A stretch of 64,000 nucleotides of DNA from Mobula hypostoma. Lineage: Eukaryota. Numbering within the stretch: the stretch's first letter is position 1; every line of letters starts with the position of its first letter. The notes beneath the pieces are model-generated. The model made no database searches. It worked only from the letters and a program-made list of their open reading frames with translations, and was not told where the DNA came from. Shown here piece by piece: positions 34,001-49,000 of this stretch. The DNA lies in contig NC_086109.1 of the NCBI RefSeq assembly GCF_963921235.1, positions 124,001 to 188,000 on the forward strand, written 5' to 3'. Position numbers and translations under genes: made by a program.

Positions 34001-37000
34001 AGAGTCTCTCTCACACAGTCTCTCACAGTCTCACACACAGTCTTTCACACAGTCTCTCGTACATTCTCCCTCACACAGTCCCTCACACGCAGTCTCTCTC
34101 ACACAGTCTCTCACAGTCTCTCTCACACAGTCTCACACACAGTCTCTCACACAGTCTCTCACACACAGTCTCACACACAGTCTCTCTCACACAGTCTCTC
34201 ATACATTCTCTCTCACACAGTCTCTCTCACAATCTCTCACACAGTCTCTCTCACACATTCTCTCATACAGTCTCTCTCACACAGTCTCTTACAGTCTCTT
34301 GTACATTCTCTCTCTCACAGTCTCTCTCACACAGTCTCTCACACAGTCTCTCTCACACATTCTCTCACACAGTCCCTCACACACAGTCTCTCTCACACAG
34401 TCTCTCTCACACAGTCTCTCTCACACAGTCTCTCACACAATCTCTCACAGTCTCTCTCACACAGTCTCTCACACACAGTCTCTCACACACAGTCTCTCAC
34501 ACAGTCTCTCTCACACAGTCTCTCACACAATCTCTCACACAGTCTCTCTCACACAGTCTCTCACACACAGTCTCTCTCACACAGTCTCTCACACACAGTC
34601 TCTCACACAGTCTCCGTACATTCTCTCTCACACAGTCTCTCACACAATCTCTCACACAGTCTCTCACACAATCTCTCACACAGTCTCACACACAGTCTCT
34701 CTCACAGACTCTCTCGTACAGTCTCTCTCACACAGTGTCTCACAGTCTGTCTCACACAGTCTCTCTCACACAGTCTCTCACAGTCTCTCTCACACAGTCT
34801 CTCACACACAGTCTCTCACACAGTCTCTCACACAGTCTCCGTACATTCTCTCTCACACAGTCTCTCACACAATCTCTCACACAGTCTCTCTCACACAGTC
34901 TCTCACAGTCTCTCTCACACAGTCTCTCACACACAGTCTCTCACACAGTCTCTCACACAGTCTCTCTCACACAGTCTCTCTCACACAGTCTCTCACACAA
35001 TCTCTCACACAGTCTCTCACACAGTCTCTCACACACAGTCTCTCACACACAGTCTCTCACACAGTCTCCGTACATTCTCTCTCACACAGTCTCTCACACA
35101 GTCTCTCTCACACAGTCTCTCACACAATCTCTCACACAGTCTCTCACACAGTCTCTCTCACACAGTCTCTCACACACAGTCTCTCTCACACAGTCTCTCA
35201 CACACAGTCTCTCACACAGTCTCCGTACATTCTCTCTCACACAGTCTCTAACACAATCTCTCACACAGTCTCTCTCACACAGTCTCTCACACAATCTCTC
35301 TCACACAGTCTCACACACAGTCTCTCTCACAGACTCTCTCGTACAGTCTCTCTCACACAGTGTCTCACAGTCTGTCTCACACAGTCTCTCTCACACAGTC
35401 TCTCACAGTCTCTCTCACACAGTCTCTCACACACAGTCTCTCACACAATCTCTCACACAGTCTCTCTCACACAGTCTCTCACACAATCTCTCACACAGTC
35501 TCTCACACAGTCTCTCACACACAGTCTCTCTCACACAGTCTCTCTCACACAATCTCTCACACAGTCTCTCTCACACAGTCTCTCACACAATCTCTCTCAC
35601 AGACTCTCTCGTACAGTCTCTCTCACACAGTGTCTCACAGTCTGTCTCACACAGTCTCTCTCACACAGTCTCTCGTACATTCTCTCTCACACAGTCTCTC
35701 TCGTTCATTCTCTCTCACACAGTCTCTCTCACACAGTCTCCGTACATTCTGTCTCACACAGTCTGTCACACTGTCTCTCACAGTCTCTCACACACAGTCT
35801 CTCACACACAGTGTCTCTCACAGTCTCTCTCAGTCTCTCACACAGTGCCACTCGGTCTCTATTAGTCTCTCACACAGTCTCTCACACATTCTCTCTCACA
35901 CAGTCTCTCTCACAGTCTCTCACACACAGTCTCTCTCATAGTCTCTCACACACAGTCTCTCTCAGAGACTCTCACACAGTCTCTCTCGTACAGTCTCTCT
36001 CACACACTCTCACACAGTCTCTCTCACACAGTCTCTCACACACAGTCTCTCTCACAGTCTCTCACACACAGTCTCTCACACAGTCCCACTCAGTCTCTCT
36101 CAGTCTCTCACACAGTCTCTCTCACAGTCTCTCTCACACAGTCTCACACACAGTCTCTCTCACAGTCTCTCACACAGTCTCACTCACACAGTCTCGTACT
36201 GTCTCCCTCACATAGTCTCTCACAGTCTCTCGTACATTCTCTCTCTCACAGTCTCTCACACGCAGTCTCTAGTACATTCTCTCTCACAGTCTCTCGTACA
36301 GTCTCTCTCAGTCTCTCGTACATTCTCTCTCACACAGTCTCTCACACACAGTCTGTCACACCACACACTCTCTCACACAGTCTCTCACACACAGTCTCTC
36401 TCACACAGTCTCTCGTACAGTCTCTCTCAGTCTCTCGTACATTCTCTCTCACAGAGTCTCTCACACAGTCTCACACACACAGTCTCTCACACACAATCTC
36501 TCTCACACAGTCTCTCACACACTCTCTCACAGTCTCACACACAGTCTCTCTCACACAGTCTCTCGTACATTCTCTCTCACACAGTCTCTTACACACAGTC
36601 TCATACAGTCTCTCTCACAGTCTCCCGTACATTCTCACACACAGTCTCTCACAGAGTCTCTCTCACTCAGTCTCTCACACACAGTCTCACACACAGTCTT
36701 TCACACAGTCTCTTGTACATTCTCTCTCACACAGTCACTCACACGCAGTCTCTCTCACACAGTCTCTCACACAGTCTCTCTCACACAGTCTCTTACAGTC
36801 TCTTGTACATTCTTTCTCTCACAGTCTCTCTCACACAGTCTCTCACACAGTCTCTCTCACACATTCTCTCACACAGTCCCTCACACACAGTCTCTCTCAC
36901 ACAGTCTCTCTCACACAGTCTCTCACACAATCTCTCACAGTCTCTCTCACACAGTCTCTCACAGAGTCTCTCACACAATCTCTCACACAGTCTCTCACAC

Positions 37001-40000
37001 AGTCTCTCTCACACAGTCTCTCACACACAGTCTCTCACACAGTCTCCGTACATTCTCTCTCACACAGTCTCTCACACAATCTCTCACACAGTCTCTCACA
37101 CAATCTCTCACACAGTCTCACACACAGTCTCTCTCACAGACTCTCTCGTACAGTCTCTCTCACACAGTGTCTCACAGTCTGTCTCACACAGTCTCTCGTA
37201 CATTCTCTCTCACACAGTCTCTCTCATTCATTCTCTCTCACACAGTCTCTCTCACACAGTCTCCGTACATTCTGTCTCACACAGTCTCTCACACAGTCTC
37301 TCACACACAGTGTCTCTCACAGTCTCTCACACACAGTCTCTCTCAGTCTCTCACACAGTCCCACTCAGTCTCTCTCAGTCTCTCACACAGTCTCTCACAC
37401 ATTCTCTCTCACACAGTCTCTCTCGTACAGTCTCTCTCACACAGTCTCTCTTTTACAGTCTCTCTCACAGTCCCTCGTACAGTCTCTCTCACACAGTCTC
37501 TCACACAGTCTCTCTCACACAGTCTCTCTCACAGTCTCTCACACAGTCTCACACACAGTCTCTCACACGCAGTCTCTCACACAGTCTCACTGACAGTCTC
37601 GTACAGTCTCTCGTACATTCTCTCTCACACAGTCTCTCTCACAGTCTCTCACACACAGTCTCTCTCATAGTCTCTCACACACAGTCTCTCTCAGAGACTC
37701 TCACACAGTCTCTCTCGTACAGTCTCTCTCACACACTCTCACAGTCTCTCTCACACAGTCTCTCACACACAGTCTCTCTCACAGTCTCTCACACACAGTC
37801 TCTCACACAGTCTCTCACACAGTCCCACTCAGTCTCTCTCAGTCTCTCACACAGTCTCTCTCACAGTCTCTCTCACACAGTCTCACACACAGTCTCTCTC
37901 ACAGTCTCTCACACAGTCTCACTCACACAGTCTCGTACTGTCTCTCTCACACAGTCTCTCACAGTCTCTCGTACATTCTCTCTCACATTCTCTCTCACAG
38001 TCTCTCGTACAGTCTCTCTCAGTCTCTCGTACATTCTCTCTCACACAGTCTCACACACACAGTGTCTCTCACACAGTCTCTCACACACTCTCTCACACAC
38101 AGTCTCTCTCACACAGTCTCTCACACACAGTCTCTCTCACACAGTATCTCTCAGTCTCTCTCACACAGTCTCTCGTACAGTCTCTCTCAGTCTCTCGTAC
38201 ATTCTCTCTCACACAGTCTCACACACACAGTCTCTCACACACAATCTTTCACACAGTCTCTCACACACAGTCTCTCTCACACAGTCTCTCACACACAGTC
38301 TCTCTCACACAGTCGGTCTCACAGTCTCTCTCACAGTCTCTCTCTCAGTCTCTCGTACATTCTCTCTCACACAGTCTCAGACACAGTCTCTCTCACAGTC
38401 TCCCGTACATTCTCACACACAGTCTCTCACACAGTCTCTCACACACAGTCTCACACACAGTCTTTCACACAGTCTCTCGTACATTCTCTCTCACACAGTC
38501 CCTCACACGCAGTCTCACACAGAGTCTCGTACAGTCTCTCTCACACAGTCTCTCACAGTCTCTCTCACACAGTCTCTCACACACAGTCTGTCACACCACA
38601 CACTCTCTCACACAGTCTCTCACACACAGTCTCTCTCACACAGTCTCTCGTACAGTCTCTCTCAGTCTCTCGTACATTCTCTCTCACAGAGTCTCTCACA
38701 CAGTCTCACACACACAGTCTCTCACACACAATCTCTCTCACACAGTCTCTCACACACTCTCTCACAGTCTCACACACAGTCTCTCTCACAGTCTCTCTCA
38801 CACAGTCTCTCTCTCAGTCTCTCGTACATTCTCTCTCACACAGTCTCTTACACACAGTCTCATACAGTCTCTCTCACAGTCTCCCGTACATTCTCACACA
38901 CAGTCTCTCACAGAGTTTCTCACACAGTCTCTCACACACAGTCTCACACACAGTCTTTCACACAGTCTCTCGTACATTCTCTCTCACACAGTCCCTCACA
39001 CGCAGTCTCTCTCACACAGTCTCTCACACACAGTCTCTCTCAAACAGTCGGTCTCACAGTCTCTCTCACAGTCTCTCTCTCAGTCTCTCGTACATTCTCT
39101 CTCACACAGTCTCACACACAGTCTCTCTCACAGTCTCCCGTACATTCTCACACACAGTCTCTCACACACAGTCTCACACACAGTCTCTCTCACAGTCTCC
39201 CGTACATTCTCACACACAGTCTCTCACACACAGTCTCACACACAGTCTTTCACACAGTCTCTCGTACATTCTCTCACACACAGTCCCTCACACGCAGTCT
39301 CTCACAGAGTCTCGTACAGTCTCTCTCACACAGTCTCTCACAGTCTCTCTCACACAGTCTCTCACACACAGTCTGTCACACCACACACTCTCTCACACAG
39401 TCTCTCACACACAGTCTCTCTCACACAGTCTCTCGTACAGTCTCTCTCAGTCTCTCGTACTTTCTCTCTCACAGAGTCTCTCACACAGTCTCACACACAC
39501 AGTCTCTCACACACTCTCTCACAGTCTCACACACAGTCTCTCTCACAGTCTCTCTCACACAGTCTCTCTCTCAGTCTCTCGTACATTCTCTCACACACAG
39601 TCTCTCTCACACAGTCTCTCACACACAGTCTCTCTCACACAGTCGGTCTCACAGTCTCTCTCACAGTCTCTCTCTCAGTCTCACGTACATTCTCTCTCAC
39701 ACAGTCTCAGACACAGTCTCTCTCACAGTCTCCCGTACATTCTCACACACAGTCTCTCACACAGTCTCTCACACACAGTCTCACACACAGTCTTTCACAC
39801 AGTCTCTCGTACATTCTCTCTCACACAGTCCCTCACACGCAGTCTCACACAGAGTCTCGTACAGTCTCTCACAGTCTCTCTCACACAGTCTCTCACACAC
39901 AGTCTGTCACACCACACACTCTCTCACACAGTCTCTCACACACAGTCTCTCTCACACAGTCTCTCATACAGTCTCTCTCAGTCTCTCGTACATTCTCTCT

Positions 40001-43000
40001 CACACAGTCCCTCACACGCAGTCTCTCACAGAGTCTCGTACAGTCTCTCTCACACAGTCTCTCACAGTCTCTCTCACACAGTCTCTCACACACAGTCTGT
40101 CACACCACACACTCTCTCACACAGTCTCTCACACACAGTCTCTCTCACACAGTCTCTCGTACAGTCTCTCTCAGTCTCTCGTACTTTCTCTCTCACAGAG
40201 TCTCTCACACAGTCTCACACACACAGTCTCTCACACACTCTCTCACAGTCTCACACACAGTCTCTCTCACAGTCTCTCTCACACAGTCTCTCACACACTC
40301 TCTCACAGTCTCACACACAGTCTCTCTCACAGTCTCTCTCACACAGTCTCTCTCTCAGTCTCTCGTACATTCTCTCTCACACAGTCTCTTACACACAGTC
40401 TCATACAGTCTCTCTCACAGTCTCCCGTACATTCTCACACACAGTCTCTCACAGAGTTTCTCACACAGTCTCTCACACACAGTCTCACACACAGTCTTTC
40501 ACACAGTCTCTCGTACATTCTCTCTCACACAGTCCCTCACACGCAGTCTCTCTCACACAGTCTCTCACACACAGTCTCTCTCAAACAGTCGGTCTCACAG
40601 TCTCTCTCACAGTCTCTCTCTCAGTCTCTCGTACATTCTCTCTCACACAGTCTCACACACAGTCTCTCTCACAGTCTCCCGTACATTCTCACACACAGTC
40701 TCTCACACACAGTCTCACACACAGTCTCTCTCACAGTCTCCCGTACATTCTCACACACAGTCTCTCACACACAGTCTCACACACAGTCTTTCACACAGTC
40801 TCTCGTACATTCTCTCACACACAGTCCCTCACACGCAGTCTCTCACAGAGTCTCGTACAGTCTCTCTCACACAGTCTCTCACAGTCTCTCTCACACAGTC
40901 TCTCACAGTCTGTCACACCACACACTCTCTCACACAGTCTCTCACACACAGTCTCTCTCACACAGTCTCTCGTACAGTCTCTCTCAGTCTCTCGTACTTT
41001 CTCTCTCACAGAGTCTCTCACACAGTCTCACACACACAGTCTCTCACACACTCTCTCACAGTCTCACACACAGTCTCTCTCACAGTCTCTCTCACACAGT
41101 CTCTCTCTCAGTCTCTCGTACATTCTCTCACACACAGTCTCTCTCACACAGTCTCTCACACACAGTCTCTCTCACACAGTCGGTCTCACAGTCTCTCTCA
41201 CAGTCTCTCTCTCAGTCTCACGTACATTCTCTCTCACACAGTCTCAGACACAGTCTCTCTCACAGTCTCCCGTACATTCTCACACACAGTCTCTCACACA
41301 GTCTCTCACACACAGTCTCACACACAGTCTTTCACACAGTCTCTCGTACATTCTCTCTCACACAGTCCCTCACACGCAGTCTCACACAGAGTCTCGTACA
41401 GTCTCTCACAGTCTCTCTCACACAGTCTCTCACACACAGTCTGTCACACCACACACTCTCTCACACAGTCTCTCACACACAGTCTCTCTCACACAGTCTC
41501 TCATACAGTCTCTCTCAGTCTCTCGTACATTCTCTCTCACACAGTCCCTCACACGCAGTCTCTCACAGAGTCTCGTACAGTCTCTCTCACACAGTCTCTC
41601 ACAGTCTCTCTCACACAGTCTGTCACACCACACACTCTCTCACACAGTCTCTCACACACAGTCTCTCTCACACAGTCTCTCGTACAGTCTCTCTCAGTCT
41701 CTCGTACTTTCTCTCTCACAGAGTCTCTCACACAGTCTCACACACACAGTCTCTCACACACTCTCTCACAGTCTCACACACAGTCTCTCTCACAGTCTCT
41801 CTCACACAGTCTCTCTCTCAGTCTCTCGTACATTCTCTCACACACAGTCTCTCTCACACAGTCTCTCACACACAGTCTCTCTCACACAGTCGGTCTCACA
41901 GTCTCTCTCACAGTCTCTCTCTCAGTCTCACGTACATTCTCTCTCACACAGTCTCAGACACAGTCTCTCTCACAGTCTCCCGTACATTCTCACACACAGT
42001 CTCTCACACAGTCTCTCACACACAGTCTCACACACAGTCTTTCACACAGTCTCTCGTACATTCTCTCTCACACAGTCCCTCACACGCAGTCTCACACAGA
42101 GTCTCGTACAGTCTCTCACAGTCTCTCTCACACAGTCTCTCACACACAGTCTGTCACACCACACACTCTCTCACACAGTCTCTCACACACAGTCTCTCTC
42201 ACACAGTCTCTCATACAGTCTCTCTCAGTCTCTCGTACATTCTCTCTCACAGAGTCTCTCACACAGTCTCACACACACAGTCTCTCACACACAATCTCTC
42301 TCACACAGTCTCTCACACACTCTCTCACAGTCTCACACACAGTCTCTCTCACAGTCTCTCTCACACAGTCTCTCTCTCAGTCTCTCGTACATTCTCTCTC
42401 ACACAGTCTCTTACACACAGTCTCATACAGTCTCTCTCACAGTCTCCCGTACATTCTCACACACAGTCTCTCACAGAGTCTCTCACACACAGTCTCACAC
42501 ACAGTCTTTCACACAGTCTCTCGTACATTCTCTCTCACACAGTCTCACACACAGTCTCTCTCACAGTCTCCCGTACATTCTCACACACAGTCTCTCACAC
42601 ACAGTCTCTACACAGTCTTTCACACAGTCTCTCGTACATTCTCTCTCACACAGTCCCTCACACGCAGTCTCTCACAGAGTCTCGTACAGTCTCTCTCACA
42701 CAGTCTCTCACAGTCTCTCTCACACAGTCTCTCACACACAGTCTGTCACACCACACACTCTCTCACACAGTCTCTCACACACAGTCTCTCTCACACAGCC
42801 TCTCGTACAGTCTCTCTCAGTCTCTCGTACATTCTCTCTCACAGAGTCTCTCACACAGTCTCACACACACAGTCTCTCACACACAATCTCTCTCACACAG
42901 TCTCTCACACACTCTCTCACAGTCTCACACACAGTCTCTCTCACAGTCTCTCTCACACAGTCTCTCTCTCAGTCTCTCGTACATTCTCTCTCACACAGTC

Positions 43001-46000
43001 TCTTACACACAGTCTCATACAGTCTCTCTCACAGTCTCCCGTACATTCTCACACACAGTCTCTCACAGAGTCTCTCACACAGTCTCTCACACACAGTCTC
43101 TCGTACAGTCTCTCAGTCTCTCATACATACTCTCTCACACAGTCTCACACACACAGTCTCTCTCACACAGTCTCTCACACACAGTCTCTCTCACACAGTC
43201 GGTCTCACAGTCTCTCTCACAGTCTCTCTCTCAGTCTCTCGTACATTCTCTCTCACACAGTCTCACACACAGTCTCTCTCACAGTCTCCCGTACATTCTC
43301 ACACACAGTCTCTCACACAGTCTCTCACACACAGTCTCACACACAGTCTTTCACACAGTCTCTCGTACATTCTCTCTCACACAGTCCCTCACACGCAGTC
43401 TCTCACAGAGTCTCGTACAGTCTCTCTCACACAGTCTCTCACACACAGTCTCTCTCACACAGTCTCTCTCACAGTCTCTCACACAGTCTCACACACAGTC
43501 TCTCACACGCAGTCTCTCACACAGTCTCACTGACAGTCTCGTACAGTCTCTCGTACATTCTCTCTCACACAGTCTCTCTCACAGTCTCTCACACACAGTC
43601 TCTCTCATAGTCTCTCACACACAGTCTCTCTCAGAGACTCTCACACAGTCTCTCTCGTACAGTCTCTCTCACACACTCTCACAGTCTCTCTCACAGTCTC
43701 TCACACACAGTCTCTCACACAGTCTCTCACACAGTCCCACTCAGTCTCTCTCAGTCTCTCACACAGTCTCTCTCACAGTCTCTCTCACACAGTCTCACAC
43801 ACAGTCTCTCTCACAGTCTCTCACACAGTCTCACTCACACAGTCTCGTACTGTCTCTCTCACACAGTCTCTCACAGTCTCTCGTACATTCTCTCTCACAC
43901 AGTCTCTCTCACAGTCTCTAGTACATTCTCTCTCACAGTCTCTCGTACAGTCTCTCTCAGTCTCTCGTACATTCTCTCTCACACAGTCTCACACACACAG
44001 TGTCTCTCACACAGTCTCTCACACAGTCTCTCACACACAGTCTCTCTCACACAGCCTCTCGTACAGTCTCTCTCAGTCTCTCGTACATTCTCTCTCACAG
44101 AGTCTCTCACACAGTCTCACACACACAGTCTCTCACACACAATCTCTCTCACACAGTCTCTCACACACTCTCTCACAGTCTCACACACAGTCTCTCTCAC
44201 AGTCTCTCTCACACAGTCTCTCTCAGTCTCTCGTACATTCTCTCTCACACAGTCTCTTACACACAGTCTCATACAGTCTCTCTCACAGTCTCCCGTACAT
44301 TCTCACACACAGTCTCTCACACAGTCTCTCACACACAGTCTCTCGTACAGTCTCTCAGTCTCTCATACATACTCTCTCACACAGTCTCACACACACAGTC
44401 TCTCTCACACAGTCTCTCACACACAGTCTCTCTCACACAGTCGGTCTCACAGTCTCTCTCACAGTCTCTCAGTCTCTCGTACATTCTCTCTCACACAGTC
44501 TCACACACAGTCTCTCTCACAGTCTCCCGTACATTCTCACACACAGTCTCTCACACAGTCTCTCACACACAGTCTCACACACAGTCTTTCACACAGTCTC
44601 TCGTACATTCTCTCTCACACAGTCCCTCACACGCAGTCTCTCACAGAGTCTCGTACAGTCTCTCTCACACAGTCTCTCACACACAGTCTCTCTCACACAG
44701 TCTCTCTCACAGTCTCTCACACAGTCTCACACACAGTCTCTCACACGCAGTCTCTCACACAGTCTCACTGACAGTCTCGTACAGTCTCTCGTACATTCTC
44801 TCTCACACAGTCTCTCTCACAGTCTCTCACACACAGTCTCTCTCATAGTCTCTCACACACAGTCTCTCTCAGAGACTCTCACACAGTCTCTCTCGTACAG
44901 TCTCTCTCACACACTCTCACAGTCTCTCTCACAGTCTCTCACACACAGTCTCTCACACAGTCTCTCACACAGTCCCACTCAGTCTCTCTCAGTCTCTCAC
45001 ACAGTCTCTCTCACAGTCTCTCTCACACAGTCTCACACACAGTCTCTCTCACAGTCTCTCACACAGTCTCACTCACACAGTCTCGTACTGTCTCTCTCAC
45101 ACAGTCTCTCACAGTCTCTCGTACATTCTCTCTCACACAGTCTCTCTCACAGTCTCTAGTACATTCTCTCTCACAGTCTCTCGTACAGTCTCTCTCAGTC
45201 TCTCGTACATTCTCTCTCACACAGTCTCTCTCACAGTCTCTCACACACAGTCTCTCTCATAGTCTCTCACACACAGTCTCTCTCAGAGACTCTCACACAG
45301 TCTCTCTCGTACAGTCTCTCTCACACACTCTCACAGTCTCTCTCACAGTCTCTCACACACAGTCTCTCACACAGTCTCTCACACAGTCCCACTCAGTCTC
45401 TCTCAGTCTCTCACACAGTCTCTCTCACAGTCTCTCTCACACAGTCTCACACACAGTCTCTCTCACAGTCTCTCACACAGTCTCACTCACACAGTCTCGT
45501 ACTGTCTCTCTCACACAGTCTCTCACAGTCTCTCGTACATTCTCTCTCACACAGTCTCTCTCACAGTCTCTAGTACATTCTCTCTCACAGTCTCTCGTAC
45601 AGTCTCTCTCAGTCTCTCGTACATTCTCTCTCACACAGTCTCACACACACAGTGTCTCTCACACAGTCTCTCACACACTCTCTCACACACAGTCTCTCTC
45701 ACACAGTCTCTCACACACAGTCTCTCTCACACAGTATCTCTCAGTCTCTCTCACACAGTCTCTCGTACAGTCTCTCTCAGTCTCTCGTACATTCTCTCTC
45801 ACACAGTCTCACACACACAGTCTCTCACACACAATCTTTCACACAGTCTCTCTCACACAGTCTCTCACACACAATCTCTCTCACACAGTCGGTCTCACAG
45901 TCTCTCTCACAGTCTCTCTCTCAGTCTCTCGTACATTCTCTCTCACACAGTCTCAGACACAGTCTCTCTCACAGTCTCCCGTACATTCTCACACACAGTC

Positions 46001-49000
46001 TCTCACACAGTCTCTCACACACAGTCTCACACACAGTCTTTCACACAGTCTCTCGTACATTCTCTCTCACACAGTCCCTCACACGCAGTCTCTCACAGAG
46101 TCTCGTACAGTCTCTCTCACACAGTCTCTCACACACAGTCTGTCACACCACACACTCTCTCACACAGTCTCTCCCACACAGTCTCTCTCACACAGTCTCT
46201 CGTACAGTCTCTCTCAGTCTCTCATACATTCTCTCTCACAGAGTCTCTCACACAGTCTCACACACACAGTCTCTCACACACAATCTCTCTCACACAGTCT
46301 CTCACACACTCTCTCACAGTCTCACACACAGTCTCTCTCACAGTCTCTCTCACACAGACTCTCTCTCAGTCTCTCGTACATTCTCTCTCACACAGTCTCT
46401 TACACACAGTCTCATACAGTCTCTCTCACAGTCTCCCGTACATTCTCACACACAGTCTCTCACAGAGTCTCTCACACAGTCTCTCACACACAGTCTCACA
46501 CACAGTCTTTCACACAGTCTCTCGTACATTCTCTCTCACACAGTCTCACACACAGTCTCTCTCACAGTCTCCCGTACATTCTCACACACAGTCTCTCACA
46601 CACAGTCTCTACACAGTCTTTCACACAGTCTCTCGTACATTCTCTCTCACACAGTCCCTCACACGCAGTCTCTCACAGAGTCTCGTACAGTCTCTCTCTC
46701 ACAGTCTCTCACAGTCTCTCTCACACAGTCTCTCACACACAGTCTGTCACACCACACACTCTCTCACACAGTCTCTCACACACAGTCTCTCTCACACAGC
46801 CTCTCGTACAGTCTCTCTCAGTCTCTCGTACATTCTCTCTCACAGAGTCTCTCACACAGTCTCACACACACAGTCTCTCACACACAATCTCTCTCACACA
46901 GTCTCTCACACACTCTCTCACAGTCTCACACACAGTCTCTCTCACAGTCTCTCTCACACAGTCTCTCTCTCAGTCTCTCGTACATTCTCTCTCACACAGT
47001 CTCTTACACACAGTCTCATACAGTCTCTCTCACAGTCTCCCGTACATTCTCACACACAGTCTCTCACAGAGTCTCTCACACAGTCTCTCACACACAGTCT
47101 CTCGTACAGTCTCTCAGTCTCTCATACATACTCTCTCACACAGTCTCACACACACAGTCTCTCTCACACAGTCTCTCACACACAGTCTCTCTCACACAGT
47201 CGGTCTCACAGTCTCTCTCACAGTCTCTCTCTCAGTCTCTCGTACATTCTCTCTCACACAGTCTCACACACAGTCTCTCTCACAGTCTCCCGTACATTCT
47301 CACACACAGTCTCTCACACAGTCTCTCACACACAGTCTCACACACAGTCTTTCACACAGTCTCTCGTACATTCTCTCTCACACAGTCCCTCACACGCAGT
47401 CTCTCACAGAGTCTCGTACAGTCTCTCTCACACAGTCTCTCACACACAGTCTCTCTCACACAGTCTCTCTCACAGTCTCTCACACAGTCTCACACACAGT
47501 CTCTCACACGCAGTCTCTCACACAGTCTCACTGACAGTCTCGTACAGTCTCTCGTACATTCTCTCTCACACAGTCTCTCTCACAGTCTCTCACACACAGT
47601 CTCTCTCATAGTCTCTCACACACAGTCTCTCTCAGAGACTCTCACACAGTCTCTCTCGTACAGTCTCTCTCACACACTCTCACAGTCTCTCTCACAGTCT
47701 CTCACACACAGTCTCTCACACAGTCTCTCACACAGTCCCACTCAGTCTCTCTCAGTCTCTCACACAGTCTCTCTCACAGTCTCTCTCACACAGTCTCACA
47801 CACAGTCTCTCTCACAGTCTCTCACACAGTCTCACTCACACAGTCTCGTACTGTCTCTCTCACACAGTCTCTCACAGTCTCTCGTACATTCTCTCTCACA
47901 CAGTCTCTCTCACAGTCTCTAGTACATTCTCTCTCACAGTCTCTCGTACAGTCTCTCTCAGTCTCTCGTACATTCTCTCTCACACAGTCTCACACACACA
48001 GTGTCTCTCACACAGTCTCTCACACACTCTCTCACACACAGTCTCTCTCACACAGTCTCTCACACACAGTCTCTCTCACACAGTATCTCTCAGTCTCTCT
48101 CACACAGTCTCTCGTACAGTCTCTCTCAGTCTCTCGTACATTCTCTCTCACACAGTCTCACACACACAGTCTCTCACACACAATCTTTCACACAGTCTCT
48201 CTCACACAGTCTCTCACACACAGTCTCTCTCACACAGTCGGTCTCACAGTCTCTCTCACAGTCTCTCTCTCAGTCTCTCGTACATTCTCTCTCACACAGT
48301 CTCAGACACAGTCTCTCTCACAGTCTCCCGTACATTCTCACACACAGTCTCTCACACAGTCTCTCACACACAGTCTCACACACAGTCTTTCACACAGTCT
48401 CTCGTACATTCTCTCTCACACAGTCCCTCACACGCAGTCTCTCACAGAGTCTCGTACAGTCTCTCTCACACAGTCTCTCACACACAGTCTGTCACACCAC
48501 ACACTCTCTCACACAGTCTCTCACACACAGTCTCTCTCACACAGTCTCTCGTACAGTCTCTCTCAGTCTCTCATACATTCTCTCTCACAGAGTCTCTCAC
48601 ACAGTCTCACACACACAGTCTCTCACACACAATCTCTCTCACACAGTCTCTCACACACTCTCTCACAGTCTCACACACAGTCTCTCTCACAGTCTCTCTC
48701 ACACAGACTCTCTCTCAGTCTCTCGTACATTCTCTCTCACACAGTCTCTTACACACAGTCTCATACAGTCTCTCTCACAGTCTCCCGTACATTCTCACAC
48801 ACAGTCTCTCACAGAGTCTCTCACACACAGTCTCACACACAGTCTTTCACACAGTCTCTCGTACATTCTCTCTCACACAGTCCCTCACACGCAGTCTCTC
48901 TCACACAGTCTCTCACACACAGTCTCTCTCACACAGTCGGTCTCACAGTCTCTCTCACAGTCTCTCTCTCAGTCTCTCGTACATTCTCTCTCACACAGTC

